From Abditibacterium sp. (GTDB lineage Bacteria; Armatimonadota; Abditibacteriia; Abditibacteriales; Abditibacteriaceae): 64,000 nt of DNA. The DNA lies in assembly GCA_965199495.1 (NCBI GenBank), contig CBDASK010000003.1, forward strand, positions 4,000,001-4,064,000. The letters are read 5' to 3'. Below the pieces are notes generated by a model. The model had not been told where the DNA came from. It saw only the letters and a program-made list of their open reading frames with translations, and did not search any database. The position numbers and the translations under genes were made by a program. Positions 61,545 to 64,000 of the stretch are shown piece after piece. How positions within the stretch are numbered: position 1 is the stretch's first letter; each line of letters starts with the position of its first letter.

Positions 61545-62876
61545 ATGACCGATTTGGAAATCACGCTCGCCACATTGCAACAATGGGCCGATGATCCGTC
61601 TTTGATTGACGACAACGCGCGCGCCAAATCTCTCGTCGCCAAAATCCATCGCGAAGGCGCGCGTAATACCAACAAAGCCGCGCGCGATGCGCGACGCAAG
61701 CGAGACCGCGCGAAAATCGAGGCGACGGGCCGCGTGCAAATCGCCACCGATACGACGCGCGCCTTGCCCGCGATTGCGTCATCAAATAATCAACTCGAAC
61801 GCGCGCGCTTTTGTCCGATTTGTCGCGCGCAATTTTCGCAGTTGCATCATTTTTATCACGCTTATTGCCCGCCTTGCGCCGCGTTTAACTGGGGAAAACG
61901 CGAGCAAACCGCCGATTTGTCGGGGCGCATCGCATTAATTACGGGCGGGCGCATCAAAATTGGTTTCGAGTGCGCTTTGAAGTTGTTGCGTGCTGGCAGC
62001 CACGTCGTCGCCACAACGCGCTTCGCCCGCGATGCCGCGCGGCGTTATTCTCTGCAACCCGACTTTGAAGAATGGCGCGACCGCCTCGAAATCGTCGCGC
62101 TCGACTTGCGGTTTTTGCCAGAAGTCGAGCATTTTTGTGCGCATCTCAATCGAACGTTTTCGCATCTCGATATTACAATCAATAACGCCGCGCAAACCAT
62201 CGCGCGCCCACCGCAGTTTTACGCGCACTTGCGCCAAGCGGCGGGGCTTGCGCCCTCTTCCAATCGTGAATCTGCCTTCGCATCAGGATTGGAAGAGGAC
62301 GCAAGCCCCGATCCCGTAAAACTCGCGCTGGCTTCCTTTTTTCCGCCCGACCAATTCGATGCCGACGGCCAGCAACTCGATTTGCGCCCGCGCAATTCGT
62401 GGACGGCGCGTTTGGACGAAATTGAAACGCTCGAAGCCGCCGAAAATTACGTCGTCGGCGCGCTCGCTCCGTTCGTTTTGACGGGCCAATTGCGCGCGCT
62501 TCTTAAACGCAGTCCGCACGCACGCAAATTTGTGATTCAGGCGTCAGCGATGGAAGGCAATTTCTCGCGCCAGAGCAAAACTTCGCGTCATCCGCAGACC
62601 AACATGACCAAGGCCGCGCTCAATATGTTGGTGCGCACCTCAGCGCCCGATTTAGCGCGCGACGGAATTTATTGTAATGCCGTAGATACCGGCTGGATCT
62701 CCGATGAAAATCCGCATCCGACAGCGCAAGATTTGCGCGCCGATGGTTTCGTGCCGCCGCTCGATTGCGTGGATGGCGCCGCGCGTTTACTCGTTCCTAT
62801 TTTTAGTGGGTTGGACGAATTGCGCGAACCGATTTTTGGTTGTTTTCTGAAAGATTATCGCGCGCATTCTTGGTGA
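61545..62876 (+). CDS. Atypical SDR-family oxidoreductase with an N-terminal Cys4 zinc-ribbon-like segment
   Basis: CPIC...YCPPC, ALITGGRIKIG, INNAAQT, SAMEG.F, HPQTNMTKAALNM, AVDTGWI; ATG 8 nt after the third tRNA-like gene. Confidence 0.85.
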   Translation: MTDLEITLATLQQWADDPSLIDDNARAKSLVAKIHREGARNTNKAARDARRKRDRAKIEATGRVQIATDTTRALPAIASSNNQLERARFCPICRAQFSQLHHFYHAYCPPCAAFNWGKREQTADLSGRIALITGGRIKIGFECALKLLRAGSHVVATTRFARDAARRYSLQPDFEEWRDRLEIVALDLRFLPEVEHFCAHLNRTFSHLDITINNAAQTIARPPQFYAHLRQAAGLAPSSNRESAFASGLEEDASPDPVKLALASFFPPDQFDADGQQLDLRPRNSWTARLDEIETLEAAENYVVGALAPFVLTGQLRALLKRSPHARKFVIQASAMEGNFSRQSKTSRHPQTNMTKAALNMLVRTSAPDLARDGIYCNAVDTGWISDENPHPTAQDLRADGFVPPLDCVDGAARLLVPIFSGLDELREPIFGCFLKDYRAHSW

Positions 62877-62880
62877 AAAT

Positions 62881-63000
62881 TTAGTCACAAAGGACTACAA
62901 AGAAGCTGGAGGAAATTTGGAATACGAAGAAAATGCTTTCTTGCTCACTTGAAAATTTCCTCCAGCTTCTTTGTAGTCCTTTGTGCCCCTTTGTGGCTAA
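62881..63000. repeat. Inverted-repeat element (TTAGTCACA...TGTGGCTAA)
   Basis: cacaaaggactacaaagaagctggaggaaattt ... aaatttcctccagcttctttgtagtcctttgtg; same family as 6614-6751. Confidence 0.85.
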
Positions 63001-63008
63001 AATAAATT

Positions 63009-64000
63009 ATGTTTCAACCGCCCATTTCCTGTCCCGTCGTGCGCGTGCCTGCCGTCGTGCCGTGCGACGCACGCGAACTCGATGGACTGATCGGGTTTTT
63101 AGAATCTGATGCGCCCATCGAAGAAATTCAAGCGTTCGCGCGTGGCACTTTGCTACCCGATGGCCGACTCGATTTATGCAAACAGAGCGTCGGCGCCGTC
63201 GGTTGTGCGCGCATTGTCGAAGCGCTCCAAAATAATTCGCGCGTCAAAAGCGTTTTGCTCGGCACCGACGCTATCGGCGACCAAGGCGTGTTTGCGGTCG
63301 CGCAATTGGTTGAATCGAACCCGAATCTGGAAGTGATTTATCTCGGTTGCAACAACATTTCATCCGTCGGCGCCGCAGAAATCGCGCGCGTTATGGCGAA
63401 TAATTCGAGCGTCAAAGGTTTGTGGCTCAAGCGCAATCCCATCGGCGGCGACGGCGTGGCTGCCCTCGCGGCGATGCTCCAAACCAACGCGCATTTGCAA
63501 ATTCTCGACATCGTGAATTGCGGTTTTAGCGTCGCATCGTTCGCGCGATTGTGTGAAACGTTGCGCACTGATAATCGCACTCTGACCCGGCTTTACACGG
63601 GCGGCAACGGTTTGGGCGCCGTCAGCGCGGCGCATTTGGGCGAAGTTTTGAACGAGAATAATGCGCTGCAAGGTCTCTTTTTAAACGTTGGCGATCTGGG
63701 CGACGAAGGCACGCAATTTCTCGTCGAAACCTTGAAACCAAGCGCGAGTTTGCGCGATTTGGGTTTGGGTTCTAACGCTATCGGCATCGCCGGTTTGCGC
63801 GCCTTGTCCGAAAATTGCGCCGCGCTCGAATCGCTCGATTTGGGACGTGCCGCTTCGCAAACGGCGCTGGGCGCGAGCGGCAACGATTTCGCGGGCGGCG
63901 GCCAGTTATGCGCCGATTTGATGGATTCAGCGCGCGTTTTACGGCGTTTGAATTTGCGAGGAACGCGATTGAAAACCGACGATTTCGCACCGATATTTGA
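63009..64000 (+). CDS. Ribonuclease-inhibitor-like leucine-rich repeat protein (GALA-like; 3' end runs off the window)
   Basis: Not in the ORF track. Manual translation: MFQPPISCP...GTLLPDGRLDLCKQ, then ~28-aa repeats VKSVLLGTDAIGDQGV, LEVIYLGCNNISSVGA, VKGLWLKRNPIGGDGV. Confidence 0.8.
   Translation, partial: MFQPPISCPVVRVPAVVPCDARELDGLIGFLESDAPIEEIQAFARGTLLPDGRLDLCKQSVGAVGCARIVEALQNNSRVKSVLLGTDAIGDQGVFAVAQLVESNPNLEVIYLGCNNISSVGAAEIARVMANNSSVKGLWLKRNPIGGDGVAALAAMLQTNAHLQILDIVNCGFSVASFARLCETLRTDNRTLTRLYTGGNGLGAVSAAHLGEVLNENNALQGLFLNVGDLGDEGTQFLVETLKPSASLRDLGLGSNAIGIAGLRALSENCAALESLDLGRAASQTALGASGNDFAGGGQLCADLMDSARVLRRLNLRGTRLKTDDFAPIF

Noticed and set aside
52456..64000. Genomic island integrated at the tRNA cluster
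   Set aside because: No integrase, no duplicated tRNA 3' end seen, and composition and octamer content look native.

Overview
GC-rich bacterial chromosomal window; gene content and style are reminiscent of Abditibacteriota/Armatimonadota, which is an inference. Housekeeping genes (nadE, gcvT-H-PA-PB, argD, argB, tgt, pyc, mqnA, mqnD, topA, dprA, yceD-rpmF-plsX, folC) are interleaved with lineage-specific hypothetical genes and many intergenic inverted-repeat elements. Main observations: (1) three atypical tRNA-like genes whose acceptor stems can extend to 8-9 bp, directly upstream of an atypical Zn-ribbon SDR and an RNase-inhibitor-like LRR gene; (2) a Cys/His-rich leader ORF ending in RAPP, a ribosome-arrest motif, in front of a czcCBA-type pump whose adaptor is greatly elongated; (3) a 1702-aa fusion of a degenerate M28 peptidase with a MacB/FtsX permease, paired with an OPT-like transporter; (4) the octamer CGTGGCTG, seen at least 39 times with no strand bias; (5) an HNH cassette bracketed by a duplicated topA 3' end and terminator; (6) a doubly frameshifted XRE repressor whose promoter and operator are intact; (7) three dispersed proteins sharing a C-terminal 'H(E/D)xLEAxxxxxDW' motif. 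No CRISPR array, rRNA or intact transposase was seen.
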